A DNA stretch of 64,000 nt from Desulfurococcales archaeon (GTDB lineage: Archaea > Thermoproteota > Thermoprotei_A > Sulfolobales > Desulfurococcaceae). Below are positions 32,068-42,777 of the stretch, piece by piece. The number at the start of each line of letters is the position of its first letter. Within the stretch, counting starts at the first letter, position 1. The position numbers and the translations under genes were made by a program. The notes beneath the pieces were generated by a model. It worked only from the letters and a program-made list of their open reading frames with translations. It did not search any database and was not told where the DNA came from. The stretch covers positions 32,001 through 96,000 of the forward strand of contig JALVYU010000026.1 in assembly GCA_027022365.1 (NCBI GenBank), read 5' to 3'.

Positions 32068-32746
32068 GGGATCTCCTGTGCCTATTTGTCCTTATATCAC
32101 TTAATGCTTTAGCTGATAGCTCGAGAGCCTTACGTGAATTCAGTGATACGCCTACACCAGCCTTAAGATATGTTGGTAAGAGCTCCAATAGATCATTGAT
32201 GGCATCTGTACTTAATACGGCGATCATATTGTCCCCGCCTAGATAACCCGTAATACCTCCGAGACGAATAGTAGCTCTCGTTATCTCGCTATAAACACTC
32301 ATGATCTTGACATATGTTTCGAACACACTAGTCTGAATGGTTGTTCTCGTTATATTATTGAAATCTATGTGTACTACAGCCAGGGGTTCTTCCTCACCAC
32401 CAATATACACGAGTTTTTCGTCTTCTTTTTCCGCAATTCTGCTTGCCATTAGCTGTGCTGTGAAGGGCCTCTTATGCACTAGTGATACTACCCTCACACC
32501 TTTTGGAGAGAGCGGCTCAATATCTGTCAGTATTTCTTCAAGATCTTTTTCTTTAAAGCCATTACTGAGCGCTATGAAGTAATCGTATCTAACTGGTATG
32601 ACAAAGCCTCCTCTCCTAGAAAACATTCTCTGAAGACTTGAGTAGATATTTGATTGTAGCTCCTGTATCTTCCACTCCCTATCATAGCCTAGTGTCTCCG
32701 TCCACTCCCTGTACTCCAATAATTTTATGAGCGTTATACGGGGCAA
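32036..32746 (-). CDS. gch3: GTP cyclohydrolase III
   Basis: YREWTETLGYDREWKIQ, RYD, HID, YLGGDN; in rib operon. Confidence 0.9.
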   Translation of the reverse strand: MPRITLIKLLEYREWTETLGYDREWKIQELQSNIYSSLQRMFSRRGGFVIPVRYDYFIALSNGFKEKDLEEILTDIEPLSPKGVRVVSLVHKRPFTAQLMASRIAEKEDEKLVYIGGEEEPLAVVHIDFNNITRTTIQTSVFETYVKIMSVYSEITRATIRLGGITGYLGGDNMIAVLSTDAINDLLELLPTYLKAGVGVSLNSRKALELSAKALSDIRTNRHRRSLILYDSELQV

Positions 32747-32773
32747 AAGACTCTCTACCTATTCTATACTATT

Positions 32774-33241
32774 TTACTCAACGATGGCGGTCTCGTCAAC
32801 GCTTAGCTCTATTTCGCCGAGTTTCTTTGTCCTTAATATCATCTTCACAACGGCTTCTACGGCTCTTCTGGCATAGTCCTCGATTCTCTCCATTGCCTGC
32901 ATTCTTGTTGCTCCAGGCCCGATTATACCTAGTCCTACTGGTTTCCCATACTCTATCATTAGATCCATCATTTTCCTAGCTGTCTGGCCCGCCACTAATT
33001 CGTCGTGTTTTGTCTCCCCCTGTATGACTGCACCGAGAGCCACTACTCCGTCAAGCTCTTTTCTTTCTAGTAGTTTTTTCACGGCAAACGGTATCTCGTA
33101 TGTCCCGGGAACTTTCACTACGATGGGAACTTTTACGCCTAGGAATTTTGCATGATTTATTGCTTTCTGGAGCATTAGATAAGTTATATCATAGTTGAAT
33201 TCTGCTACGACAATGCCTATCTTTACATCCATTGTAAACAC
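32774..33241 (-). CDS. ribH: 6,7-dimethyl-8-ribityllumazine synthase
   Basis: [26 protein letters not shown]. Confidence 0.95.
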   Translation of the reverse strand: MFTMDVKIGIVVAEFNYDITYLMLQKAINHAKFLGVKVPIVVKVPGTYEIPFAVKKLLERKELDGVVALGAVIQGETKHDELVAGQTARKMMDLMIEYGKPVGLGIIGPGATRMQAMERIEDYARRAVEAVVKMILRTKKLGEIELSVDETAIVE

Positions 33242-33246
33242 ACCAC

Positions 33247-33717
33247 CTACATTTTGAGCGGACCTACATCGGGCCTACCTTGTCTAAGGCCTTGCCCAGC
33301 ATATCTTGTAAGTGCTTCTCGTCCATGTCTAATTAGTTTTACAAGATTTAAAGCATGCTCCATCGCCCTGTTCTTAGCGATCTCGAGGAGCTCGTCCGGG
33401 TTATCAGCCTCATCCTCGTGTACTGTCACGTCAATAATGTGCTTACCGGTCATGATCTGGAGGATTATGAGGCCAGTGCTCATAGCTAAGTAGCTGTACT
33501 TATCAACCTGTTTGGCTCCCACCCAGCCCAAAGTTATGACAGCCTCACATCCTTCGTTCATTATAAGATTCCTAGCAGCCACTGGTATGTCTTTGATGCC
33601 GGGAACAGTGTATCTTATTATCTTTGCCTCGGGCAGATTTTCTTGGATAACTTTAATGGCGTATCTCGCCATATCTACCCTTGAAAATGTCGTGTCGACA
33701 ACGCCTATTTTAATCAT
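33247..33717 (-). CDS. ribC: archaeal riboflavin synthase
   Basis: [28 protein letters not shown]; start at ATG 33717. Confidence 0.92.
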   Translation of the reverse strand: MIKIGVVDTTFSRVDMARYAIKVIQENLPEAKIIRYTVPGIKDIPVAARNLIMNEGCEAVITLGWVGAKQVDKYSYLAMSTGLIILQIMTGKHIIDVTVHEDEADNPDELLEIAKNRAMEHALNLVKLIRHGREALTRYAGQGLRQGRPDVGPLKM

Positions 33718-34396
33718 ATAGGAAGCCCCTCTTCTCAGCCTCCGTAATGATGTCGAAGCCGTTGATGAAGAGCAGGCCGTTCCTCCTCGCAAATTTTCGT
33801 GCGTCTTCGTAGGGCAGGCTTATTCCCTCAGCAAGCATTTCCGCTATAACCACGCTAGGGGTTAAACCAGTGATCAAGGCTAGGGCTGTTGCGAGCTCCG
33901 TATGTCCCCGCCTATTCGCTATTCCTCTCGATGTTAGTAATGGAACATGTCCTGGAGCGTAGAACTCCCGCTTAAATGTTTCGATCGCTTCTGTACTGAA
34001 GCCCTTATACACTAGTTCTGCAACTTTGTGGAGACGCTTAATTGTTAATGCTTTATCGTTATCATTTATTCCCGTCCTAGTATCAACATGGTTTAGCCAT
34101 ATATTGAAGGCTGGAGGATCGCCGTATCTGGGCCTCTTAACACTAATTTCTCGTAGGACGGGGTGCTTCGATAGAAGCTCGTTCATGAACGGTAATTGAA
34201 GTGTTTCCCTGAACTTACTACCGGATACGAAGCATATCAGTCCTCCGGCGTTTTTCCTCAAATAAGTTATTTTCTTAGAGTCTATTACACCAGCATAGAA
34301 TATCATATCAGTCTCAGCTTCTCTCTCAGCACTATCAAACACTAAGACAGGCTTTCCTGAAAGGAGCTCGTTTCTAACAGCTATCCAATCAACCAA
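33710..34396 (-). CDS. ribB: 3,4-dihydroxy-2-butanone-4-phosphate synthase
   Basis: D..REAETD, TGIND.D, PGHVP, RRGHTE, AEML; start moved to TTG 34396 after GGTG. Confidence 0.9.
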   Translation of the reverse strand: MVDWIAVRNELLSGKPVLVFDSAEREAETDMIFYAGVIDSKKITYLRKNAGGLICFVSGSKFRETLQLPFMNELLSKHPVLREISVKRPRYGDPPAFNIWLNHVDTRTGINDNDKALTIKRLHKVAELVYKGFSTEAIETFKREFYAPGHVPLLTSRGIANRRGHTELATALALITGLTPSVVIAEMLAEGISLPYEDARKFARRNGLLFINGFDIITEAEKRGFLYD

Positions 34397-34480
34397 GTCT
34401 AGTACACCATTAGGATTCTGTTCTATAGTGTGTTTAGGGTACACTAATAATAAGGTATTCCTACCAAGATTACTCTTTGG

Positions 34481-34538
34481 GCGATGAAGATTCCTAGTCC
34501 AGTCCGATGGAGGTGAGGAAGGGATCTCCGGCACAGAG
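34481..34538 (+). ncRNA. candidate C/D-box sRNA
   Basis: GCGATGA/ATGAAGA (C) ... CCGA (D') ... GTGAGGA (C') ... CAGA (D) in the ribB/amidohydrolase spacer. Confidence 0.4.
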
Positions 34539-34541
34539 CCC

Positions 34542-35627
34542 TTGATCATAAATCTCGACAAGATACTTATGGGAGAAAACCTGGATGTGATCGAGCATGT
34601 CTATATTCAGATAGAAGACGGTATAATAACGGATATCGAGCAGACATGGTCGCCAGACGGATTAAATATTGGCGGGATCGCTTTACCTCTCCCAGTTAAT
34701 GCACATGTACACTTAAACGACTATGTTGCTCCGGAGTCCTGTATAGGTTATGATCTAGCATCGTTTGTGGGGAGCAAAGGAATAAAGTTACCCATTACAC
34801 GTTTGTTAAGACATAAATTTGTTGATAACCCGCTGGCCAAATCGATCAGTATATACTACGCCTTAGCTGATTTTCAAGAACACAAAGATTATTGTAGAGA
34901 AAACAAGGAGCTCATAGAAAGAAACGGGCCTAGGTACCTCGGGCTTTCCAGACCCTTTAATCCACTTGATACGGTAGAATACGATGATGTAGCAAGGATT
35001 TGCGGTGGTATAGGGATATCGAATCCGCTGAGGATACCTCCATATGTTATGGAAGAAATCTCCCGTCTCTCCCTCATGTATCCAGTCAGTGCGCATGTTA
35101 GCGAAACAAGGCGAATGGAAGATAGGGGTAGTCTTCACTATCTTTTGAATTATAGAGCGAGACTAGTTAGTGTTGTACATGGTATTTTTCTCAAAAAATG
35201 GGAGTTCAGACGGCTGGCAGAAGAAAATATACCGCTCGTGGTCTGCCCACGTAGTAACTTATGGTTTATTGGAAGAACAGCAGACATAGCTACTGCTCTC
35301 AAAGAAGGAGTTACCATAGCTTTGGGTACAGATAATGCAGGCTGTTTCCACCCAGATATCTTTGCCGAGATGGATTTGTTGTTCACAATATATAGAGGGA
35401 ACATCAATGCACGCGAGATTGTCAAGATGGCCTTTACTAATGGTTACAAAGCACTAGGTACATCGCCGAGATTTATAGATGTCAGACAACCAGCTGATAT
35501 GTTAATATTGAGAGAGCCTAGGCTTGCCAAATATTCATGGAACGTGTACGGCTCGATCATTAGAAGAGGTGCTTATTGTGATAAACTCGTTGTACGGGGT
35601 GGGGATATTATAAAGAGTTTTAACTAG
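34542..35627 (+). CDS. metal-dependent amidohydrolase (deaminase-like)
   Basis: NAHVH, AHVSE, VHG, CPRSN, LGTDN. Confidence 0.85.
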   Translation: MIINLDKILMGENLDVIEHVYIQIEDGIITDIEQTWSPDGLNIGGIALPLPVNAHVHLNDYVAPESCIGYDLASFVGSKGIKLPITRLLRHKFVDNPLAKSISIYYALADFQEHKDYCRENKELIERNGPRYLGLSRPFNPLDTVEYDDVARICGGIGISNPLRIPPYVMEEISRLSLMYPVSAHVSETRRMEDRGSLHYLLNYRARLVSVVHGIFLKKWEFRRLAEENIPLVVCPRSNLWFIGRTADIATALKEGVTIALGTDNAGCFHPDIFAEMDLLFTIYRGNINAREIVKMAFTNGYKALGTSPRFIDVRQPADMLILREPRLAKYSWNVYGSIIRRGAYCDKLVVRGGDIIKSFN

Positions 35628-35678
35628 ATAAGACAATACCTTTTCCCCGAATAAATCTAGGCAAAGGGTGTATGCTAA

Positions 35679-36785
35679 TTGTCAACGATACTAGACCCAT
35701 GGGGCCACTTTGCCATAGAGAAATACGAGAAACTCTTCAAACAATTCGGTATTCAGCCCATTGATACTGTTCTAGAAAAGCTCCCCGTTAAACACCATTT
35801 CTTCACGAGAAGAATAGTGTTCGGCCATAGAGATTTCGATAAATGGCTCGACGCCCTCAATCGTGGGGAAAAAGTCGCTGTATTGACGGGTTTCATGCCC
35901 AGCGGCCATACCCATCTAGGACACCTAATGGTTTTCGAAGAGCTAAAATATCTTCAGAGCCTTGGTGTACATGTTAAAATTGTAGTCGCAGATGCGGAAG
36001 CATATGCTGTCAGAAAGCTTGATCGTAGAAAAGTGATCGAGTATGGCTTAGAGTATATACGCCACGCCATAGCATGGGGGCTCGACCCTTCTAAGACCGA
36101 ATTCTATTTCCAGACGAACAATACAACCCCATACTATAGGCTAATCCAGATGTTCTCGAGAAAGATAACGAAGGCCGAGTTCGAGGCCATTTACGGTGAG
36201 GCTAGTCCGGGAAAAATCGTCGCAGCGCTGACACAGGCATCGGACATCCTCCATATGCAACTGAGAGCCTATGGTGGTTACAAACATATCCTTGTGCCAG
36301 TAGGCGCTGATCAAGACCCCCATCTCCGCCTAACAAGAGATCTAGCTGATAGATTTGCACAAGAGCTTGGTCTAAGGAGGCCTGCATCATTCTATCATAA
36401 ATTCATACGTGGCCTCGATGGAAACAAGATGAGCAGCAGCAAATCAGATTTCGCGATCCTCCTATTAGACAAACCCGAGGTAATTAAGAAAAAAGTAATG
36501 ATGGCGCTGACGGGCGGTAGGCCCACGGCTGAAGAGCAGAGGCTTCTCGGCGGCGAGCCAGAGAAGTGTACGATCTATGAGCTATATACATACTTTCTGT
36601 TACGAGACGATGAAGAACTAAAGAAACAGTACGAAAGGTGTAGGAAGGGCGAGATCCTCTGTGGTAAGTGCAAGAAGAACGCGCTAAAACTATTATTAGA
36701 GATGATCAAGACTCATCAGGAGAAATACAGAGAGCTCTTGGAGAGTCAGATTGTCGAAAAACACGTGGATATACCTGATTTCTAA
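35679..36785 (+). CDS. trpS: tryptophanyl-tRNA synthetase
   Basis: PSG..HLGH, GADQDPH, KMSSS, TGGR, CGKCK. Confidence 0.92.
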   Translation: MSTILDPWGHFAIEKYEKLFKQFGIQPIDTVLEKLPVKHHFFTRRIVFGHRDFDKWLDALNRGEKVAVLTGFMPSGHTHLGHLMVFEELKYLQSLGVHVKIVVADAEAYAVRKLDRRKVIEYGLEYIRHAIAWGLDPSKTEFYFQTNNTTPYYRLIQMFSRKITKAEFEAIYGEASPGKIVAALTQASDILHMQLRAYGGYKHILVPVGADQDPHLRLTRDLADRFAQELGLRRPASFYHKFIRGLDGNKMSSSKSDFAILLLDKPEVIKKKVMMALTGGRPTAEEQRLLGGEPEKCTIYELYTYFLLRDDEELKKQYERCRKGEILCGKCKKNALKLLLEMIKTHQEKYRELLESQIVEKHVDIPDF

Positions 36786-36799
36786 GACGTTATCACCCT

Positions 36800-37447
36800 T
36801 CATCCACTTATTTCCTCAACAAGACGTAATGCGACTGATAATGGATCATCAGCCTTCGTTATAGCGGAGCCCACAATTATTATTTCCGCCCCAGCCTCTA
36901 CGAGGGGCTTTGCCTTACCTGGCTTTATGCCTCCAGCTACGGCTACTGTTGCATTTAGCCGAGCTAGTTTCTTTATCTCGTTAACCATATCAGATGCTGT
37001 TATTCCTCTTCTCCTTTGGACATCTATGCCGAGATGATACAGTATTATATCCGCTCCGAGACTGATTACTTCCTCTGCTCGCTTCACCGGATCGGTACAG
37101 TTAATAAGGTCTACCATGACCTGTCCATTGTATCTGCGGGCTGTTTTTACAGCATCGATGATGGTCGAGTCATCAGCTAGTCCAAGCACGGTTACGATAT
37201 CTGCACCTGCTCTAAACATGATTTCGGATTCAAATCCTCCTACGTCCATTGTCTTTGTATCTGCAACCACTTTTGACTGTGTGATTTCTTTCAATAGTTT
37301 TACACTCAATGTCCCCCAGGATTTTATGAGGGGTGTGCCTGCCTCAATCAATAGTTTTTCTCTGTCAAGCTCGGAGGATAAGATGCTTGCAAGCCTTAGG
37401 GCGAAGGAGATGTTATCCGTGTCGAGGGCTACTTGAAGTAATGCCAT
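36800..37447 (-). CDS. hps: 3-hexulose-6-phosphate synthase (OMPDC/HUMPS family)
   Basis: LQVALD, EAGTPLIK, DTKTMD, H.GID.Q, VAGG, VGSAIT. Confidence 0.85.
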   Translation of the reverse strand: MALLQVALDTDNISFALRLASILSSELDREKLLIEAGTPLIKSWGTLSVKLLKEITQSKVVADTKTMDVGGFESEIMFRAGADIVTVLGLADDSTIIDAVKTARRYNGQVMVDLINCTDPVKRAEEVISLGADIILYHLGIDVQRRRGITASDMVNEIKKLARLNATVAVAGGIKPGKAKPLVEAGAEIIIVGSAITKADDPLSVALRLVEEISG

Positions 37448-37503
37448 TTATTCCACCATGCATATCCAATACTATAAAGTGTATTTGAATAGAGCGCCTA
37501 GAA

Positions 37504-38238
37504 GTGATTATCTTGTACAATATCAAGGAGGAAAAGACTAGGCTCCGGCGACTTATATGGGATCTCATGGAGAGAAGGAATATCTCGAGGTTCCCACGAC
37601 CCGTATATGGTAGGATACCTAATTTTGTCGGTGCAGAAGAGGCGGCTAAAAGGGCTTTATCGCTCAGCGAGTGGAGGAGAGCACTGGTTGTAAAGGTTAA
37701 TCCCGATTCTCCTCAGAGGCCGCTCAGAGAACTCGCACTTCAGGAGGGGAAGAAGGTTATAATGGCTACTCCGCGTTTGAGACGGGGATTCATAATGATC
37801 GATCCAGCATTTATCCCAAATTCTATGATCAAGTTTGCATCAACAATTAAGGGTGCATTTAGGCTGGGCAGACTTTTACGCCTAAGAGAGATTCCTCCCA
37901 TTGACCTGATAATTACTGGATGCGTGGCCGTTGATCGGAGAGGAAATAGACTAGGTAAGGGAGGAGGTTATGCAGAAATAGAATATGCCATACTAAGAGA
38001 ACTCGGCGTCATAGATGAAAGCACACCCGTTATTACAACAGTCCACGATATCCAGATAGTTGATCATGTTCCTAGAGAGGAGCATGACTTGACAGTAGAC
38101 ATAATTTTAACGCCAACCAAGACATTGAGAATAGAGCCTAGACCGCCAAAACCAAAGGGGATTTACTGGAACTTATTGGGTGAAAAGAAGGACCTGCCTG
38201 TCATCAAAGAACTGCAACAATTACTCTCTCGGAAATAA
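37504..38238 (+). CDS. 5-formyltetrahydrofolate cyclo-ligase family (COG0212-type)
   Basis: GRIPNF, KVNPDSPQ, RLGKGGGY, HD..VD. Confidence 0.85.
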   Translation: MIILYNIKEEKTRLRRLIWDLMERRNISRFPRPVYGRIPNFVGAEEAAKRALSLSEWRRALVVKVNPDSPQRPLRELALQEGKKVIMATPRLRRGFIMIDPAFIPNSMIKFASTIKGAFRLGRLLRLREIPPIDLIITGCVAVDRRGNRLGKGGGYAEIEYAILRELGVIDESTPVITTVHDIQIVDHVPREEHDLTVDIILTPTKTLRIEPRPPKPKGIYWNLLGEKKDLPVIKELQQLLSRK

Positions 38239-38280
38239 AACCCTTATTTTGAAACCATAGTTAAGAAAGTAGATAGGTGC

Positions 38281-39381
38281 GTGGTTGTGGATCCCAAGAA
38301 CCTGCTTGAAACAGCCAGAAATATAACAAATAACACACTGAGAGAAGTGCTTGACGAGGTTCTACGTGAGGCAAGCAGTGTAACGGCTTACGCATCGGAA
38401 CTAATAGACTTTATCAGCGATTACACATTGCGTGGTGGTAAGAGGCTGAGAGCATTCCTTGTACTGATAGGATATTGGGCGGAGAAGTGGGGTAGCGGAA
38501 ACCTTGACACGATACGATATATCATGGCCGCTATAGAGTTTATGCAGAGCTACTTCTTGGCCCATGATGATATAATGGATAGAGACACCATGAGGAGAGG
38601 CGGGCCCACAGTACACGTTATGTTTGAGCAGAGCTGTAGGGATAAATCCTTGCTGACTGATTGCAAACATTATGGTTTAAGTCAGGCTATTCTCGGGGGA
38701 GACTACTTAGAGAGCTTGACAACTTACTCTTTCTATAAATCGGGTGTAACTAGTGAAGATCTACGTAGGCTAATATATTACTATACTCGTGGTCTTCGCC
38801 TAGTATCGTATGGGCAATTCTTGGATGTTCTGATAGCCGGTCTACCTCTTGATAAGGTTACCGAGAAAGACGTGATTACAATCCATAAGTACAAGACGGC
38901 GTCCTACACCATAGAGCTACCATTATACCTGGGAGCAATCGCAGCTGGGTCGAAAAACCATAGGCTTTTCGAAGCCTTTACCGCTTACGCCTACCCCGCT
39001 GGCGTGGCTTTCCAGATACAAGATGATATCTTAGGCCTATACGGCGATCCAAAGGTTACAGGGAAGCCTGTTGGGAGCGATGTTAGGGAGAAAAAGAAGA
39101 CACTACTTGTTGTCAAGGCCTACGAATGGGGTAATGAAGAAGATAAAGAGTTTCTGAGACTAGTATATGATAAAAAGAAGCCTGAAGAGATAGGTGAAGA
39201 TGATATTCTAAGGGTTCAAGAGATCGTGAGGAAGACTGGTAGTCTTGATTATAGTTTGGGTTACATGCAGAGACTGACGAGAGAAGCTAAGGTCGCGCTT
39301 GATAATTGTGAGAATATAAGTTCTGAGGCTAGAGAAGTGCTTGAATGGCTCTTGGAGCTAATAATTAAACGCAAGAAATAG
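38281..39381 (+). CDS. idsA: polyprenyl (geranylgeranyl) diphosphate synthase
   Basis: GGKRLR, HDDIMD..RRG, GQ, KT, FQIQDDIL. Confidence 0.9.
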   Translation: MVVDPKNLLETARNITNNTLREVLDEVLREASSVTAYASELIDFISDYTLRGGKRLRAFLVLIGYWAEKWGSGNLDTIRYIMAAIEFMQSYFLAHDDIMDRDTMRRGGPTVHVMFEQSCRDKSLLTDCKHYGLSQAILGGDYLESLTTYSFYKSGVTSEDLRRLIYYYTRGLRLVSYGQFLDVLIAGLPLDKVTEKDVITIHKYKTASYTIELPLYLGAIAAGSKNHRLFEAFTAYAYPAGVAFQIQDDILGLYGDPKVTGKPVGSDVREKKKTLLVVKAYEWGNEEDKEFLRLVYDKKKPEEIGEDDILRVQEIVRKTGSLDYSLGYMQRLTREAKVALDNCENISSEAREVLEWLLELIIKRKK

Positions 39382-39397
39382 ACTGCAGGAAACTTGA

Positions 39398-39661
39398 TTA
39401 TTTTTGCTCTTCCGCCTCCTCCTTCTCTAGTTCCCTTATCATTTTCTCGACTTCTTCCGGGGGAAGGGACGGCGTAGTTGCTAGTACATAACCTATGTAA
39501 CCTATGATTCCAAATAATATGAGCATACTGAAATATACTGTTAATTTTATCACAATGATCGATATTGTTTCTCCTGCTCCGAAGACCAACCAAGTATAAA
39601 TGATTGCGAAGACCACTGCTAGACATATCAATAGAAAGCCGGCAAGCCTGCTATAACCCAT
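39398..39661 (-). CDS. small 2-TM membrane protein
   Basis: Two hydrophobic helices and acidic tail. Confidence 0.7.
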   Translation of the reverse strand: MGYSRLAGFLLICLAVVFAIIYTWLVFGAGETISIIVIKLTVYFSMLILFGIIGYIGYVLATTPSLPPEEVEKMIRELEKEEAEEQK

Positions 39662-39750
39662 AATTCATCACTCATTAATATGCTATCTATTAATTATCGA
39701 GTCGTCAGCATAAAAACTATGTATGAGAAAAGATTTATGGCTGATCGTCC

Positions 39751-40020
39751 TTGGGCAGAAGACGGGGAGAAATAGAGGAGTGGCTTAGGAAAGTTGTTTT
39801 CTCCGGCGAGAAAAACGAATACATAGTTTTTATTAAGCATCGAACCGATGAAGGCGTAATCTTAAGACCCATTCCAGGCAGGTTCATAGATGATCTTAGG
39901 CGGGGCTATCTATACGTTGGTGAGGAGATGATTCCTTTTCATCGAGTCGTCGAGATAAGAAGAAAAGATGGGACAATAGTTTACAGTAGGAGGATAGGGG
40001 AGAAAAAACAGGGCCTTTAG
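39751..40020 (+). CDS. UPF0248/DUF504-like protein
   Basis: IPFHRVVEI motif. Confidence 0.75.
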   Translation: MGRRRGEIEEWLRKVVFSGEKNEYIVFIKHRTDEGVILRPIPGRFIDDLRRGYLYVGEEMIPFHRVVEIRRKDGTIVYSRRIGEKKQGL

Positions 40021-41294
40021 ATCCAGCCCCTGAGCTTCATCGCTCTTACTACACGGTCTACTGCGATCGCATAGGCAGCAGCTCTCATTGGGTAATCGCT
40101 GTACTTCTTCTGCCATTCATCGAATACTCTGTTGAAGTTCCTGGTCATTATCCTGTCTAGTCTCTCGAGTGCTTCCTCGTCTGTTAGCCAGCAGCCCATA
40201 CGGTTGTGGCTCCACTCGATCCAGCTCATTGTCACGCCGCCAGCATTGGCGAGGATATCGGGCACTATGATTACGCCTTTCTTGTGGAGGATTTCTTCTG
40301 CCTCGGGGGTTGTCGGTCCGTTTGCACCCTCGCTGATAACCTTTGCCTTTATCTTGTCGGCGTTCTTGATGGTTATCACGTTCTCTGTCGCGGCGGGGAT
40401 AAGTATGTCTACATCTAGCTCTAGGAGTTCCTCGTTGCTGATTATCTTGACGTCTCCCTTCTTATAGTTAGTTACCTTTCTTGTCTCGTTCTTTACCTTG
40501 ATTGCTTCTTCAACATCGATTCCGTTGGGGTCATAGATTGCTCCGCTCCTGTCGCTAACTGCTACTACTTTGGCACCCCACTGCTTGAGGTAAAGGGCCG
40601 CGTACTGGCCTACGTTTCCGAATCCCTGGATCGCCACGGTCTTGCCCTCCACTCCACCGATCCAGCGCTTAGCAGCTTCTCTGGCTGTTAGGGCAGTGCC
40701 GTAGCCAGTTGATACTATTCTCGCGTGTAGTCCGCCCAGCTCTACCGGCTTAGCGGTTACTACACCCCAGGCATTGTAACCTACGATCTTGCTGTACTCG
40801 TCGAAATACCAGGCCATTGTCTGTGGGTTGGTGTAGACATCAGGAGCGGGTATGTCGACGTCAGGGCCTACGTCCTTGGCTATCGCTGCAAAGTATTTCC
40901 TGCTTAGCTCTTCTAACTCTCTCTGGCTTAGCTCCTTGGGGTTAACTCTTATTCCTCCCTTGCCACCACCATAGGGTATTCCTGCAAGGCTGTTCTTCCA
41001 GGTCATCCACATTGAGAGAGCCACTACTTCTCCGGGAGTCACGTCCTCACGGTACCTGATACCGCCCTTATAGGGGCCTAGGGCACTGTTGTGCTGGCTT
41101 CTCCAGCCAATATATACTTCGATCTTACCATTGTCTCTCCTTATGGGTATCTTGACCTGTACGAGCTTCTCTGGATGACGTAACACTTCGACGATCTCGT
41201 CAGGAAGACCGAGAAGCTTTGCTGCTTCTCGTAGCTGTTTTACAGCCATTTGGTAAGTAGGATCGTTTTCGTATAAGATAGGTGAGATCTCCAT
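40017..41294 (-). CDS. gdhA: glutamate dehydrogenase
   Basis: GPYKGG, GGGKGG, DIPAPD, QGFGNVG, EGANGP, NAGGV. Confidence 0.95.
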   Translation of the reverse strand: MEISPILYENDPTYQMAVKQLREAAKLLGLPDEIVEVLRHPEKLVQVKIPIRRDNGKIEVYIGWRSQHNSALGPYKGGIRYREDVTPGEVVALSMWMTWKNSLAGIPYGGGKGGIRVNPKELSQRELEELSRKYFAAIAKDVGPDVDIPAPDVYTNPQTMAWYFDEYSKIVGYNAWGVVTAKPVELGGLHARIVSTGYGTALTAREAAKRWIGGVEGKTVAIQGFGNVGQYAALYLKQWGAKVVAVSDRSGAIYDPNGIDVEEAIKVKNETRKVTNYKKGDVKIISNEELLELDVDILIPAATENVITIKNADKIKAKVISEGANGPTTPEAEEILHKKGVIIVPDILANAGGVTMSWIEWSHNRMGCWLTDEEALERLDRIMTRNFNRVFDEWQKKYSDYPMRAAAYAIAVDRVVRAMKLRGWI

Positions 41295-41511
41295 TCGGAA
41301 TCACCACTATTGTTTTCTGTACATTAAGAATATACTGTATTGTTAGGTATATATATTCTTCGGTAGAGTACTTATATGTTAATACTACTATGGGTGGGAA
41401 CTAAGTGGGTATATATGTGCATATAAATGGGCTGTAAATACCAAAATAGAATATCATATCATATATATCTACAAGAACAAGAGTTGTATATAGATGTATA
41501 TATAACAAAAC

Positions 41512-42702
41512 CTACTCTTCCCTTATAATCAACGTATCGCTATTCTCCTGAAGTGTTTTGAATAACTTGGATATATCTACATCCTTTATTGAAGGCAAAA
41601 TATGCGGCTTAGGCGGCTCCTCTCCGGGCTTTAGAGCTCCTCTTCTCGCCAGCTCCTCGACTATCCTTTTCTTAATAGTATCATCGGCCAACACACTATG
41701 ATATATCGTCGATAGACTCTTCTTGATCATGTCTGGTATGTGAGATTCATCTCTCTCCTCGTGTATATGGGGATTACGAGGCTCTATCTGGTATATCTCG
41801 ATCGTTTTCTCGAAGACATCTTTATCCACGTTCTTCTTTATCCCTGTGTACTCTTCGAGCATGTAGACTATTTCATAGGGCTCTATACTGAAGCCGCTCG
41901 CATAGGCTAGTTTGTCCACGAGCTCCATGGTCATAGCATGTTCTCCGGCGTTACTCGTCTTTATGATGTCCGTCTCGAACTTTGTCAGCCTTGCAATCAA
42001 CATGTTCATGAACCTATTAGTTATCTCTGATACACGCCCTCTTCTTCTGAAATAGAATCTTCTGCCTACAAACTTCGTCTTATATGGCCATTTTATTCGG
42101 ATCATAGTGTATGGTGATTGCGCCATGTAGAAGCCGGCTGCATAAATGTCAACATACTCGTTGACTGCTCCCGGTATATAGTTATCCGAGTCTATAAAAC
42201 CAACGTATCTTCTCCCAATGATCTTTGATAAGAGCAATCCCAGGACCATGCCTTCCCCCTTTCCATCTCTGATCCTCCCTGTTTCATCAAGAAGATAAGG
42301 ATAACCTGCCTCCACGAGTGCATCGCTAAAAGCCAGGTCTTTCTGGTGTATCATGAGAAAAGGCCGCCTCGTTAAGCGGTAGAACTGATATACTGTATCA
42401 AGCTCGATCCTATATCTGTCGATGGGTTCTCGTCGGCTATTAGAGACAATTATGACAAAAGCCTCATGCGGGATCCCGCTAAGAACTCCTTCAAGGACTT
42501 TTGGATTCTCGTCTTTAACCGGTATTATTATAGTCATATTTGACTCAAGCTCTTCGAGCTCCGCCCTACCAATGTTTATAGTGCCGGCCACATCGCCTAA
42601 TGGCCCGCTCGACTTACCACCTGTTAGCTCAAGCACCCTCTGAACATCGAAAAACTTGACAGCGCCAAATCGCTCCATATACCTGGGCATCTCTAGTCTC
42701 AC
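41512..42702 (-). CDS. mpgS: mannosyl-3-phosphoglycerate synthase
   Basis: ERFG, GIPH, HQKD, GKGEGM, GFIDSDNY.PG, GRVS, NAGEHAM. Confidence 0.92.
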   Translation of the reverse strand: MRLEMPRYMERFGAVKFFDVQRVLELTGGKSSGPLGDVAGTINIGRAELEELESNMTIIIPVKDENPKVLEGVLSGIPHEAFVIIVSNSRREPIDRYRIELDTVYQFYRLTRRPFLMIHQKDLAFSDALVEAGYPYLLDETGRIRDGKGEGMVLGLLLSKIIGRRYVGFIDSDNYIPGAVNEYVDIYAAGFYMAQSPYTMIRIKWPYKTKFVGRRFYFRRRGRVSEITNRFMNMLIARLTKFETDIIKTSNAGEHAMTMELVDKLAYASGFSIEPYEIVYMLEEYTGIKKNVDKDVFEKTIEIYQIEPRNPHIHEERDESHIPDMIKKSLSTIYHSVLADDTIKKRIVEELARRGALKPGEEPPKPHILPSIKDVDISKLFKTLQENSDTLIIREE

Positions 42703-42777
42703 TAATGCTTCACCCCCAGACTACTATATTTAGTATAGAGAGGAATAAAACATGAGTTGTAGAATCAACACTGTTTC

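Noticed and set aside
40017-41294. Higher GC of gdhA suggesting horizontal transfer
   Set aside because: Adequately explained by codon bias of a highly expressed gene; no mobility signs.
41300-41510. AT-rich spacer with many TATA repeats
   Set aside because: Consistent with gdhA promoter and mpgS terminator; no ordered repeat unit.
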